DNA of 64,000 bases, from NCBI GenBank assembly GCA_964497515.1, contig CAZCCV010000007.1, positions 8,788-72,787 on the forward strand. The letters are read 5' to 3'. Of the stretch, positions 1-11,500 are shown piece after piece. Source of the stretch: an uncultured bacterium. Its GTDB lineage: Bacteria > Armatimonadota > UBA5829 > DTLH01. Position 1 is the stretch's first letter, and every line of letters starts with the position of its first letter. The notes below the pieces were generated by a model. That model saw nothing but the letters and a program-made list of their open reading frames with translations, made no database searches and was not told where the DNA came from. The position numbers were made by a program, and so were the translations under genes.

Positions 1-425
1 ATGAGTCACAGTGTATTTATACTTCGCGATTGGGACTGGAAAAATAGTCTTAGAATGATTGCAGATTACGTGTCCCAAACAGTGCCAAAACTACGTGATC
101 TCCCCCAGACTGCAGTGGAAGGCAACTAATAACACCCGATTTCCTGTTGGGTTGGCCGATAAAGAGCCCGCAACACTCTCTATCGGCCACCTTCACTTCT
201 GAACTAGCATCGTTGATTGATTGGCTATAGGGCTTCAATTTGTGTGCCTATTACCCGTACCGTTTTGAGCCGTATAACGAAAAATTCACACAAACCGCGT
301 TTCAGGTTTTCATCCCACAAAGAAGGACAGGGATCAACTCCAAAGCAAACTGTTCAGCTGCTCGCGTTTACACGCGATGGGCTATATGATAGAATCAACA
401 AGATTTTCGGGGGAGGACGCGATAG

Positions 426-1154
426 TTGATACCAATACGGGATGAAAATCCCACGAACACAATACCATACGTTGTCTACTTCCTCATAATTGCTAACATT
501 GTTGCATTTCTATTCGACGTCGTCAGCGGACCACTGGGAAGCCGGTATTATATGGTTCCGAAAGCCATTGTAACGGGTCAGCCATTCTTTGTTCCTGTCA
601 ATGGAGTCCCGATAATTGGTGTTCAGCCAGCTTGGATAACGCTCTTTACATCAATGTTTCTACACGCAGGGTTCTGGCACCTGGGCGGGAATATGTTGTA
701 TCTCTGGATATTCGGAAACAATATCGAAGATGCTCTGGGGCACGTGCGATTCTTGATCTTCTACCTTTTGGGTGGCATTGGTGCTGCAGTCGCTCATATT
801 TCGATGAATCCCTATTCTGAGGTGCCGACGGTGGGAGCAAGTGGAGCAATTGCTGCGGTCCTCGGTGCCTATTTGTTGCTCTACCCCAGAAACAGAGTTG
901 TCGTGCTGGTAGTGCTCGGTCTTATGATAACGACTATTGCCGTCCCTGCTGTTATCGTGCTCGGAATCTGGATACTATTCCAATTACTTAGCGCACCTAC
1001 TGCCTCTGGTACAACAGGTGGGGTCGCATACTGGGCACATATCGGTGGTTTCGTCTGCGGTATAATACTGATTCAACTGTTTGGGGGAAAAAGACTGCTC
1101 CGGGGTCGCGGTTCGACATATCCATACCACCAAACCCGAAGAAGAGATTGGTAG
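426..1154 (+). CDS. Rhomboid family intramembrane serine protease
   Basis: 242-aa polytopic ORF with a TTG start. Rhomboid signatures are present: HAGFWHLGGNMLYLW, the catalytic GxSG (GASGAIAAVLGAY) and the later catalytic His (AHIGGFVCG). Confidence 0.85.
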   Translation: MIPIRDENPTNTIPYVVYFLIIANIVAFLFDVVSGPLGSRYYMVPKAIVTGQPFFVPVNGVPIIGVQPAWITLFTSMFLHAGFWHLGGNMLYLWIFGNNIEDALGHVRFLIFYLLGGIGAAVAHISMNPYSEVPTVGASGAIAAVLGAYLLLYPRNRVVVLVVLGLMITTIAVPAVIVLGIWILFQLLSAPTASGTTGGVAYWAHIGGFVCGIILIQLFGGKRLLRGRGSTYPYHQTRRRDW

Positions 1155-1163
1155 GAATCAGAA

Positions 1164-3116
1164 ATGGTTTATAAGCGACATCCGATACTTGCTCTAGCTA
1201 TGATACTCGGTGTTATCGGATCACTCTGGGCACTTGCTGATAGATATCGAATTGAGACCAAAAACCATAACGTTCAGTTGGTTGTAGATTACCAAGAGGT
1301 TCTAGACCTTGCTGGAGCCTCAAGACACAGCGTATCTAATACCCTTGAACAGCTGAAGACTGTCGGTGTTACGAGCGTGGCCATCCAAGAGCAGACGGTG
1401 ACTGATTTAGTTGCGACTGGTGCAATGAAAATCAGTGAGACTGATACTGGCACAAAACTGGAATGCCGCGACTTAGACACGTTCAATCGTCTTAAGAACT
1501 CCGCCTTAGTAGCAAATATTCACTACCCTGTAACCTCAAGCAGTTCGGCCCCCATCGAAGTGCATATTGATGCAAATCCTGGCTACGTTTTAGCACAACC
1601 GATTAGTCTTGCAGAAGATGCTTTCGGTACAGTTCAACACAGCGGGTTGAGCATTATTGTGCGTATGATGAATCACCCGGGAATCCATCCTGAGTTTGTA
1701 GAAGCTACGATTGCAAACTATCGCCAAAATGGCATAGGGATCGTAATGTTCTCAGGCGATGCGGTTCTAGGATTCCGAAGTGGAATAAATGACGTTGCGA
1801 ATATGTTCAAGAACCACGGAATGGCGTTCGGTAGCATCGAATTCGTTAAGCAGAAAGGCGACCTCCGTTTTGCAGGCGCTATGCTGCCAAATGTGATCAA
1901 GGTTCACAGCATAACCGCAGCTGAAATGTCGACTCTGGACAGGCAGTCTGCTGTCGATCGTATGGTTAAAGCCGCCAGAGAGAGAGATGTGCGGCTCCTC
2001 TATATTAGACTTTTCGATTTGAACGGAGTAGAACCGCTTGAACAGAATTTGGACTACATTTCTGCAATAGATGGCGGGCTGCGGAGTAATGGACTAGCAA
2101 TCAATCCTGCCCAACCATTTGACGCGCTAAATCCACCGGCGTTTGCGTTGTCTATGGTAGCTGTTGGCATTGCCGCAGGAATCACTCTCCTCACATTGTC
2201 GCTATGGAACTTCAGCCGTGCTGGAACCACGGTTCTCTTTGCGATTTCGCTGTTGTTTTGCGTTGTCCTGGCGTTGGCACCTGTTGTGCTTGCCTGGAAG
2301 CTCCTTTCATTGATTGCCGCCATTGTCTTTCCGATACTGGCTGTGCTATCTGCAATTGCGGAGAGTCCTGAGTCGGCTGACAGCAGACCGCTCCCGTCTA
2401 AGATTGGACGAGCGATATGCAGGTATATCACAGTCATAATGATTGCCTTGGCTGGCGGACTCTCAATTGCTTCGTTACTGGGGCGGGTTGAGTTTATGCT
2501 ACGCATTGACCAATTCGCCGGTGTGAAAATCGCGCATCTACTGCCTGTTCTTGCAATTACGCTGCTATTGGCGGCCGGCATAGCCTGGGAAGCCGACACG
2601 TGGAAACATCAGTTGACGAAAGCGCGAGATCGCTTGTCAGCTTTCGCTTTGCATCCAGTGTTGATATGGCAAGCGGTGCTGGCATTCGTTCTTATGGCTA
2701 TGCTTTGGATCGTCCTTGTGCGATCGGGCAACGAGGCCGGAGCCGTTGTATCTGGTATGGAACTGAAATTCCGATCGTTTCTCGATGCCTTCTTACCGAT
2801 ACGACCAAGAACAAAAGAGTTTTTGATAGGGCATCCCGCACTGTTTCTTGCAATAGCCGCAGCATTCGGCGGGCGACGTAACCTTGCTGGTTTACTATTG
2901 ATAATAGGAACAATTGGTGAGGTATCCCTGGTTAATACTTTCTGCCATATTCATACACCAATCGCGCTCTCGTTAATGAGGGTAGTTGTAGGAGCTGTTC
3001 TCGGACTGGCCATCGGTATTGTGATTCTGTATCTATCATCATTCATTGCTAGATACGGAAGGAAGCTGCTAACCGATGAGGACGCCCAAAGGACGGAAGT
3101 GAGGGTGCGACAGTAG
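1164..3116 (+). CDS. Large polytopic membrane protein, DUF5693-like (csaB-associated)
   Basis: 650-aa ORF whose ATG lies 10 nt after the rhomboid stop. A soluble N-terminal half is followed by about 8 hydrophobic helices. From memory it resembles the DUF5693 proteins found next to csaB; the family assignment is unverified. Confidence 0.5.
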   Translation: MVYKRHPILALAMILGVIGSLWALADRYRIETKNHNVQLVVDYQEVLDLAGASRHSVSNTLEQLKTVGVTSVAIQEQTVTDLVATGAMKISETDTGTKLECRDLDTFNRLKNSALVANIHYPVTSSSSAPIEVHIDANPGYVLAQPISLAEDAFGTVQHSGLSIIVRMMNHPGIHPEFVEATIANYRQNGIGIVMFSGDAVLGFRSGINDVANMFKNHGMAFGSIEFVKQKGDLRFAGAMLPNVIKVHSITAAEMSTLDRQSAVDRMVKAARERDVRLLYIRLFDLNGVEPLEQNLDYISAIDGGLRSNGLAINPAQPFDALNPPAFALSMVAVGIAAGITLLTLSLWNFSRAGTTVLFAISLLFCVVLALAPVVLAWKLLSLIAAIVFPILAVLSAIAESPESADSRPLPSKIGRAICRYITVIMIALAGGLSIASLLGRVEFMLRIDQFAGVKIAHLLPVLAITLLLAAGIAWEADTWKHQLTKARDRLSAFALHPVLIWQAVLAFVLMAMLWIVLVRSGNEAGAVVSGMELKFRSFLDAFLPIRPRTKEFLIGHPALFLAIAAAFGGRRNLAGLLLIIGTIGEVSLVNTFCHIHTPIALSLMRVVVGAVLGLAIGIVILYLSSFIARYGRKLLTDEDAQRTEVRVRQ

Positions 3117-3121
3117 CTAAT

Positions 3122-4204
3122 ATAGTTGTCTCCGGTTACTACGGCTTTGGTAACGCTGGTGATGAAGCCGTTTTGGCGGGGATAGCAGCATCAATAGCTG
3201 ACACCTGCCCTAATGCAGAGTTGACGGTATTATCTGCCGACCCCGTGGCCACACATAATGAGCACGGCATCCGCGCTGTTCAGAGAATGAACCCGTGTGA
3301 GGTTATCGCCGCACTGCGCTCTGCAGATCTGCTGATATCGGGCGGGGGAAGTCTGCTTCAGGACGTAACCAGTGCAAGATCCATCTTTTACTATCTGGGC
3401 GTAATCTGGCTTGCAAAGAAGTTGGACAAGAGAGTAATGGTGTATGCACAGGGCATCGGGCCGTTAAATGGGCGCTACTCTCGCGCAGCTACAAAGTCTG
3501 TGATGAATCGCGTTGATTCAATCACCGTGCGGGACACATGTTCGATGGAGCTTCTTCAGGAGCTTGGAATCGGCGAGGACAGAATCACACTAACTGCTGA
3601 CCCATCGTTTGCACTTCAGCCGGCACCACGTGATGAGATAGCTGACGCATTGAAAGCATCTCAAGTGCCTGAAGGGGTTCCACTGATTGGCGTTTCTTTG
3701 CGACCTTGGCGAGATCATATCGACTGGCTTCCGACTATTTCCCAGGGACTTGATGCAGTCGCCACGCAGGTGGGGGCTGCACTCGTATTCCTCCCTATGC
3801 AGCGCGATCAGGACACAAGCATATGTGTACAGATGGCATCGCGCATGACTGTACCGTCATACGTGGTCACTACTCCACTCTCTCCACGAAAAATGATGAC
3901 TCTCATTGGTGAGATGTCCTTACTCATAGGTATGAGGCTTCACGCATTGATCTTTGCAGCCAGTAGTGGAGTACCTTTTGTAAGCCTTGCCTACGATCCG
4001 AAGGTAGAGGCATTCACCAGAATATGCAAACAGGGTGAGTCGCTCAGATTAAACGCTTTGACATCCACAGAGATTTCTGCGCGCGTTATGGATGCATGGA
4101 CGCGTCGCGAGGAGCTCTCTGAAATAGAACGCGCACAGGTGCAACCACTTAGAGATGCCGCAAGGGAGAACGCTGCCAGAGCCTGTGAGCTGGCTGGCTG
4201 CTGA
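3122..4204 (+). CDS. csaB: Polysaccharide pyruvyl transferase CsaB (start codon non-canonical or mutated)
   Basis: The tracked ORF starts at TTG 3173. In-frame codons 3122-3172 encode IVVSGYYGFGNAGDEAV, the CsaB-type N-terminal signature. There is no ATG, GTG or TTG between the in-frame TGA at 3077 and 3173, and ATA at 3122 is the best-positioned candidate start. Confidence 0.7.
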   Translation: MVVSGYYGFGNAGDEAVLAGIAASIADTCPNAELTVLSADPVATHNEHGIRAVQRMNPCEVIAALRSADLLISGGGSLLQDVTSARSIFYYLGVIWLAKKLDKRVMVYAQGIGPLNGRYSRAATKSVMNRVDSITVRDTCSMELLQELGIGEDRITLTADPSFALQPAPRDEIADALKASQVPEGVPLIGVSLRPWRDHIDWLPTISQGLDAVATQVGAALVFLPMQRDQDTSICVQMASRMTVPSYVVTTPLSPRKMMTLIGEMSLLIGMRLHALIFAASSGVPFVSLAYDPKVEAFTRICKQGESLRLNALTSTEISARVMDAWTRREELSEIERAQVQPLRDAARENAARACELAGC

Positions 4205-4285
4205 GGAACTTTGGTATCTAGCAACGAGTCAATTAATAGAGGTCATACGAACAGTTGTGCTTCGTGCCGTATTTCAAGAGCTACA

Positions 4286-6862
4286 ATGATTAGGCGATCA
4301 ATTCGCGTCGTGCTGATTCTGTCTTTTATCTGCTCTTCTACTCTCACTTGGGCAGATTCCCTTTGGCACGTCATCAACGAACGCCTGACAATCAGTGGTT
4401 CCAAGAGCTACACATTTCAGTCGGTCTCTGTAGAAGGCAATCGAGATATGTTCTACGATGGCAACTACAATTATAGCCCGCAGTACCGCAATGAGACCAA
4501 CCTCTCGATTGCAGGAAAGCTATTGACTGGTATGTCCGTATCTGCTTCTGTGACCAACAACCGATGGAATCCTAACGACCGGATTTTCACGCTGAACTAT
4601 GACCGCAACAGAACTCGCGCTTCCCTGGGAGACATCACCTGCTCGCTGACTGGAAACGAATTGTTGTCGTTTTCCAGAAGACTGAAGGGTGCGACCGTAA
4701 CTCAGGATCTCGGTTTTAGCAAAGTGACGGCGATCGTATCCAAAACTAAGGCATCAACGAAGACCGTTACCGTTCAGGGCAACAACACCCCAGGGCCGTA
4801 TTATCTCGGAATATCGCAGATCGTTGACGGCAGTGAGAGGGTGAAGATAGACAAAGACGACATTCCTCGTTCAGATAGTTCCGGCTACCCGAATTACACA
4901 CTAGACACATTCGGTGGGATAATCACATTTCGCGACGGATTGATAGTATCGAGCAGTTCTGAGATAAGTGTAAGCGTTGAGACTCAGAGCATTAACAGTG
5001 CTGCAGGCACCATATACGGTGTGCGCTCTGATATACCGGTTGGAAAGCGCACTGGATTTGGAGTCACTTACCTTATGCAAGCTGCGGGAGACACGTCCGA
5101 AAACACTAGAGAGATTGCCGAACCATTTCACGGCAACAACACCCTGAGTCTACCTTATGAACTGCTGTATGTTCCAACACCACCAGACCCTGCAAAAGGC
5201 ATTGCATTTACTGTGAAGGTCGACGGAATTGAACAGATAATGGGACTGGACTACACGCTTAACTATCCACTCCACTATATTGTCTTTATGCGCCCAATTC
5301 CCTCCAACTCCACGATACTGGTGACGTATACTCCGGTTGTAGAAAAAGGTGTTTCTTCAGATCGAAGTGTGATCGGGCTAGATGCCAAGTATAAGCTGTC
5401 CAATGCTGTCACGCTAACTGGCAACTTCGCTCGTTCTACGAAGGACTACAAGGGCGATGATGGTGGCTCTGCTGCATCACTTAGAGCTGCGGGTAGATTC
5501 GGCAAGCTGAAACTGTCAGCAGGGGTAAGAGACATAGACTCTTCTTATGCTCCAATAGAAAGCGCTGGATTCTTCAGAAACGAACGAGGAAGCGACCTGG
5601 ACCTTCAATATCAGTTGACTAACAGTTTTACCTGGTCTTCCCGACTTGACCACTACACCAGACCCTACTATCAATACGGATTAGGCGGTGTTCTGCAAGA
5701 TGATGGGCGCACAGCTGACAGCAGCGCCTCAACCCATACACTTGAATGGAAACCTGCCAAGCTGCCTGCAATGAGGCTCACGAGATCACAGTCCAACACG
5801 ACCAGCGGGACTGATTCCAACCTGCTTGATACCGATGCATTATCTATCAATTGGAACTCATCGAAGCTTGCTGTAACTGGAGAGCTCAGCAGATCGAACA
5901 GGGAGAACACTTATACATCCAAGGTCGATGGCACTGTGAAACACACACTAAACTCCGCCGATACATCCCGCTTAAGTGTTCGATATACACCTAGACAAAA
6001 ATACTCGCTTATGGCAGATATCGCAAACAGCAGCATAGAGAACTCTGGCGAATCAAAAACTGATGCGCGTAACTATCAGCTAATTGCAAACTATATTCCG
6101 ACGCGAGAATTAAACCTGGGATTCACATACAGACTCTCTGACTCCGGAAGCAATTACACTACGCCATATGGCGATTCATTTGGCGGCGGGTTAGGACCAG
6201 GCTCTGGTTATCCAGTCGGAGGATATGTTCCCTCTTATGGACTCAGATCAGTAACGCGTATGGCCAGCCTGAATTGGAACCCATCGACGAGATTTGCATT
6301 CAACTCTAGCCTGAGTCTCAGTTCTGCTGAGGGTGACAACTCTACTAATACCACAATTAAGGGAACAGATATTGGGTTCTCGTACACACCTCAAGAACAT
6401 ATTACGATACGCGCCTATTCGAGCGATCAAGACGGCAGTTTCGTGGGTAGCGACGGCAATATGTCGAGCAGAATCGGGTTTTTGTCGGCAACCGTGGGCC
6501 CAATCAACAGATTCACTCTGGATCTTGGGTATCAGAAGATGCTCTCGGAAACACTGTTCTCGAGTGATTTTCCACTGTTTCCCCAGCAAAACAGTATCAC
6601 CAATATGAGGAGTATAAGTGGTGTACTACGACGCGAAATCTCCGGCGGAAGGTTTCTGTTTTCTGAGTTTGCAAGCACCAGCGTAGACAGTTACTCCAAG
6701 AACAAAAAGACATCGCTCGCATTCGGCATTGAGTATCCATTAAACGAGATACTTGGACTCAAGGTCGACTGGCGAATCATTGACTATCGGGACGATAGCA
6801 GCTCTTCTAACAGCTATCGCGCCAATATGCTGAACGCCCGTATCGGGGCAAGGTTCAGGTAG
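4286..6862 (+). CDS. Exported beta-barrel-like outer-membrane protein, unknown family
   Basis: The ORF opens at TTG 4211. ATG 4286 gives a signal-like N-terminus (MIRRSIRVVLILSFICSSTLTWA). The sequence is rich in S/T/N/Y/G/R with alternating strand-like patterns and ends ...NARIGARFR. I recognise no family. Confidence 0.45.
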   Translation: MIRRSIRVVLILSFICSSTLTWADSLWHVINERLTISGSKSYTFQSVSVEGNRDMFYDGNYNYSPQYRNETNLSIAGKLLTGMSVSASVTNNRWNPNDRIFTLNYDRNRTRASLGDITCSLTGNELLSFSRRLKGATVTQDLGFSKVTAIVSKTKASTKTVTVQGNNTPGPYYLGISQIVDGSERVKIDKDDIPRSDSSGYPNYTLDTFGGIITFRDGLIVSSSSEISVSVETQSINSAAGTIYGVRSDIPVGKRTGFGVTYLMQAAGDTSENTREIAEPFHGNNTLSLPYELLYVPTPPDPAKGIAFTVKVDGIEQIMGLDYTLNYPLHYIVFMRPIPSNSTILVTYTPVVEKGVSSDRSVIGLDAKYKLSNAVTLTGNFARSTKDYKGDDGGSAASLRAAGRFGKLKLSAGVRDIDSSYAPIESAGFFRNERGSDLDLQYQLTNSFTWSSRLDHYTRPYYQYGLGGVLQDDGRTADSSASTHTLEWKPAKLPAMRLTRSQSNTTSGTDSNLLDTDALSINWNSSKLAVTGELSRSNRENTYTSKVDGTVKHTLNSADTSRLSVRYTPRQKYSLMADIANSSIENSGESKTDARNYQLIANYIPTRELNLGFTYRLSDSGSNYTTPYGDSFGGGLGPGSGYPVGGYVPSYGLRSVTRMASLNWNPSTRFAFNSSLSLSSAEGDNSTNTTIKGTDIGFSYTPQEHITIRAYSSDQDGSFVGSDGNMSSRIGFLSATVGPINRFTLDLGYQKMLSETLFSSDFPLFPQQNSITNMRSISGVLRREISGGRFLFSEFASTSVDSYSKNKKTSLAFGIEYPLNEILGLKVDWRIIDYRDDSSSSNSYRANMLNARIGARFR

Positions 6863-6914
6863 AAATACCGTCATTATTAAGTAACACCAATTGTTGCAAA
6901 AGGAGTAGAGTGAT

Positions 6915-8462
6915 ATGAAGCACATGGCTCTGGCAATTGTGGTAGTCTTTCTTGCAATTGCATTGCTTTCCGGCTGCGGTGGCAGCGGAGGAAGTGGCAA
7001 AGGAACACTCTCCGGGACAATAACTGATGTAGCTGGCAATATGATTCCCGGAGCTGTGGTGACACTTGACGGCAGACAGGTCGCCACATCACTTATGAAT
7101 GGCACCTATAAGGCGACCGGCATAGCTCCTGGTTTGTACAATTTGGAAGCTTCCGCTAGGGTGAATGGTAGAGAGTGGGTAGGTACAACGGTAGTTGACG
7201 TCTATCGCAACGGACCTACAATGAACCAACATGTAGTAGTGGGCGCCTGGGACAATCTAGGCGAAATACAGGGCACGATAACCAACTTGTCGAATGATGG
7301 TCTGGAGGGTGTCCGTGTCTTGGCGGTTGCAAGGTATCCGCAGAATAGGCCAGCCGATGAAGCCTCTGTCATTAGCAAGACCGAAGTAACAAACTGGAGA
7401 GGCGAGTACTCCATCACCGACCTACCTGCAACTATCACTGTAAATGGTGTGAAGCAAGACATCATATACGATGTGATCGCTTCTTATGCTGGCGCATCTG
7501 GCCAGCCTGGCGGTTACAAAAACGTGACCAAAACTGCAACGATATCGAGCGATCCCAATATGGTAACAGTAGTGAACTTCACCCTTCAGCCATCGACCAT
7601 TATTACACCTCCGGCACCTCCAGGGTGGACAACTTCTCATGCCATATATGTTGTCTCTTACACGGTGCCTAACCGAATAACGACACGTGCCACAGAGAGT
7701 GCATACGATGCTGTGAAGTCGTGTATCTCCGAACGTAGCAGAAAGGCTGTTGCGTTTAAGAGAAAACATCCATCGCGTGCACCGGCACTCGGCACTACAA
7801 TAGAGAATAGCGTCGTGTGGTACAGCATATGGAACGAGTACTACGGGATTGATGTCCCTACAAATCTGGCTGGATTCAGTATTTATAGAGGTACCACGCC
7901 GTATATTACTCGAACTGATCAATACTTGGTAGACTTCTTCCGTAACCCATCGATTGTGACATACGCCGACACCAGCAATGAGTTGACTCCGGGTGTAGAA
8001 TACTGGTACGGAGTCACATCTGTCAGTACCAGCTATCTTGATGCCAGTAATCGTTTCAACCCGTTAGCCGAGAGCGCAATGTCTGGCATCTCCTCTGTGA
8101 CACCTCTCGGAAAACTGAATGCAGCGCTGCCTGCGGATGGTGGTACTATCAGCAGAAACAATCCTGTTTTCAGTTGGAACCCGGTTGCTGGCGCAAAGAG
8201 CTACAGGGTATTCGTATATGAGAGTTACCCTATACTTGACGCACTTTTTACGCCGCAAGGTGACCCACAAAGACCAGATCACCTGCCTGCGTGGGGACAA
8301 TCACACGATTCGTTGGGCACATCTATCACTTTCTCTGATCCAACATTCCCACTGGTTAGCGGGCGCACATATTGGTGGGTCGTTGTCGCAGCAGATGACA
8401 CTGATTTCGATTACGGATACGCATATGCGATATCCGAATTGAGATCTTTCACTGCATTGTAA
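6915..8462 (+). CDS. Lipoprotein with carboxypeptidase-regulatory-like and FN3-like domains
   Basis: AGGAG lies 9 nt upstream of the ATG. The lipobox LLSGC is followed by a GGSGGSG linker. TLSGTITDVAGNMIPGAVVTLDG is CarboxypepD_reg-like, and GFSIYRGTTPY...YWYGVTSVS is FN3-like. Confidence 0.6.
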   Translation: MKHMALAIVVVFLAIALLSGCGGSGGSGKGTLSGTITDVAGNMIPGAVVTLDGRQVATSLMNGTYKATGIAPGLYNLEASARVNGREWVGTTVVDVYRNGPTMNQHVVVGAWDNLGEIQGTITNLSNDGLEGVRVLAVARYPQNRPADEASVISKTEVTNWRGEYSITDLPATITVNGVKQDIIYDVIASYAGASGQPGGYKNVTKTATISSDPNMVTVVNFTLQPSTIITPPAPPGWTTSHAIYVVSYTVPNRITTRATESAYDAVKSCISERSRKAVAFKRKHPSRAPALGTTIENSVVWYSIWNEYYGIDVPTNLAGFSIYRGTTPYITRTDQYLVDFFRNPSIVTYADTSNELTPGVEYWYGVTSVSTSYLDASNRFNPLAESAMSGISSVTPLGKLNAALPADGGTISRNNPVFSWNPVAGAKSYRVFVYESYPILDALFTPQGDPQRPDHLPAWGQSHDSLGTSITFSDPTFPLVSGRTYWWVVVAADDTDFDYGYAYAISELRSFTAL

Positions 8463-8516
8463 AACAACTGTGGAACAGTCCTGACGACTAATCCGTATTA
8501 TTAGGCTGGAGTGCAC

Positions 8517-11500
8517 ATGAACTTAGCAAGATTCGTGGTTCTTGTTTGCCTGCTGACGCTCATTTTGTCGAGTCAGTATGCTTCTGGAACCGATTATATA
8601 AATGTTTCGAATGCACCGTTTGCGACTGTGTCTAACGGCCCGCAGAATGCCATCGTGGTGGACGTTGCGGATCCGTTGGATAAGACACAGATTCAGACTG
8701 CTCTTAGAAACGTACTGCCCAAGGCAACACGCGCATCTGGAGGGCATCTCTCTAGGCAGATCGCAGCTCTTCGGAAAGCCGGATTGATCCGACCCGATGT
8801 AGATGCTGCAGTCTATCCGACGATACTGATTCGCTCTGGCGGGTCTTTTGAGCCACTCAAAGGGCGTGCAGGAACTACATACGGTGGAGGGACTATCACT
8901 TTCACCTATACGGGCTGGTCTGATGCAGATAAGACCCTGCTTCAGACGTTTGCTCAAACGGCATATCCAATTATTGAGCAGATATACGGCAGCCCGGCAA
9001 AGACGCTTACTGTTGAAGTAGTCAATGATGTTGCACAATCAGTAACCGACTCCTTGCTGGGTGGCGTATATATCACTGGTGCGATCGGGCAGCCTCAAAT
9101 CAGGCTGTACCGATATCGAAGCAACATCAGTCTAGAGCGCAGTTTCCTCCACACTATGATAAGGGCATTTCACGATACAGCTATGTTCGACTACGATGCC
9201 TGGGAGGAAGGGTTTGCACGGGCGGCGGCAGTAGCTGCGGGGGAGAAGATTGATAGAGTAATTGTACAGAACCCTGCACTTGGACTCTCGCAAATGGACT
9301 TCACCGGAAAGACTGGTTCCGGGGACGCGTTCTACTACGTAATGTCGAACTACGAACTGATGAACCAGCCACCGCTGTCGAACAACACGTTTTATACATC
9401 CATGATGGATATGCTCGAGACAGAAGGGATGTTTGGCGGGATGATAATTCCCCGTCTGGGAATGTCATCGACTGCGTGGATGAAAGTTTACATCGAAAGA
9501 CTGCTTACCGATGGACAATCGTTTTTCAAGCTGTTTAATGAAACGTACTATCAGCAGTTATCGTCGAATTCCGGTCTTGCAGGGAATGTGCCAGCGCTGA
9601 AGTCTATTGCTGCCAGTATCACACCAACTGTTGAGGGGGTGTATTTTGACAACTGGTTCGGCAGACAGTTCATCTTCGATACCAGCGTATCAATCGGCAG
9701 GAAGCTCTACTGCTACACGTTCCCACCAACTTTGCCGAGTGACGGCGATGATGACTACTCAATGCCAGTGTTCGTCATATACTATTCGACAGACAATACA
9801 GGGGGAATCGAAAGACCGCTTTCTGGTATGGTTTACCCTGTTTACTGGAACTACAAGTATACTAACGACCTCTTCACATCGAGCCAGTATGAGCAAGTGC
9901 CGATACAGAACGGCGAAGGTTATGTTATGCCAACATTCTACGCTGGAAACATAGGTGGTGCTCAGCGAGTGGCAATGGAGTTTACCATCGGTACCGAAAG
10001 CCGTCGGGTGTACTTCCCTGTTGGTGTGGCCGGAACTGAAACAGCTCCTAACAATCTGGTTGGTGTAGTGGTGGGAACCAATAGCGGATCAATCACTGCC
10101 AGAATGGATAACGAAGCAACGGGAAGCACTGTGTCGCTCACTAATGGGGCATTTGGAGCGCCAATGGTGTCATTGCTGGACTTCCATCGATTGACGCTGA
10201 CTTATACACCAGTGTCCGGTGCACCGTCTACTCGTACAGCAAATGTTGGCCCCGGACTGTATACAGCAGTAATGAATGCATCTACTACATCCATTGCTAA
10301 GCAGCTCGTACATACATTCACACCGGGTACGCAGATGATCTCTTTTCCGATGACGACCTTTGCACAAGATCAGTCCGATGCAATTATGGATGGCAGTGGA
10401 AACCCTGCAATTCTACCAGACCGGCTTCTGCTTGCAAGGTGGGAACCTTCGTTGGCCGATTCTTACAAGTATGAAATGTATCCAAAGACACCCCCGTTTG
10501 CTCCCGGACGAGGCTATTGGATCAAACTGCCTTCGACAATTGTCGCCACAGTAACAGGCGAGGTACCTGATCCATCAGGAAGCTATCGAATAGGACTGGT
10601 TCAAGGATGGAACCAGATTGGATGCCCTTACGAATCGCCAGTTGCCGTCTCGAGCATTATGGTTGAAAAGGAGAATTTTGAACCGGTGAAGTTTGCAGAG
10701 GCGTGGTCGACTGGGATAGTGGGCAAGACAGTCTGGAAATACGATTCGACTGCTGGATACACTGAAGCAACTACTATCGACCCTTGGGAAGGGTATTGGA
10801 TCAAATGCAACTCACCAAATGGAGCCGTGTTGATCGTTCCTGGCCCTGAAAGCACACCCCGTTCGCGAGTTGTTAAAACCGAAGAAGCTGCGGACACCGC
10901 CTTGAGAACGTCGAATGCAGAGGCCAATACGTGGTCGATTGAGATGCAGGCAGTGGCTCCTAACGGAAACAGTAACAGCATCACACTCGGAGTAGCTCCT
11001 GGAGCCTCTGATGGCTTTGATCCAGCCTATGACTCTGAACTTCCTCCTGCTTTTGGAAGTGGCACCACCATAGCTACCAGAGCCAATCTGAGCGCGTGTG
11101 ATCCTCTCGGAGTTGACACTCGAGCAGCGGGCTCACCCAAGATCACTTGGGACATGGTTGTAACACCCGCGGAGGCTAATCAGGATATCGTCATCAGATG
11201 GCGCAATCTGGCTAACGTGCCAAAAGGATACCGTTTGACTCTTGTGGATAAAGCGACAGGTGACACGCGGTTTATGCGCACGACAACGAACTACAGATTC
11301 AATACAGGTGACGGGAGTTCTAGACTGTTCACTGTGGTTGCTGATTCGTCTCCTACGATACCACTGATGATAACGAATGTGACAGTTGCGCCCAGCCGAG
11401 GTTCTAGTGCTAGCATCACTTATAACCTCACCTGCGATGCTCAAGTATCAACCGATATAGTCGGCGCAAATGGGCGATTGATTCGGAAGTTGACTGCCGG

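Noticed and set aside
1-238. Frame-1 ORF at the window start (stop at 127-129) and a 62-aa minus-strand ORF (50-238)
   Set aside because: The frame-1 ORF could be the 3' end of a gene truncated by the window edge, but 42 codons with no recognisable motif cannot be supported. The minus-strand ORF has no RBS or recognisable features. A GGCCGAT...ATCGGCC hairpin at about 153-190 may be a terminator, but its U-tract is poor.
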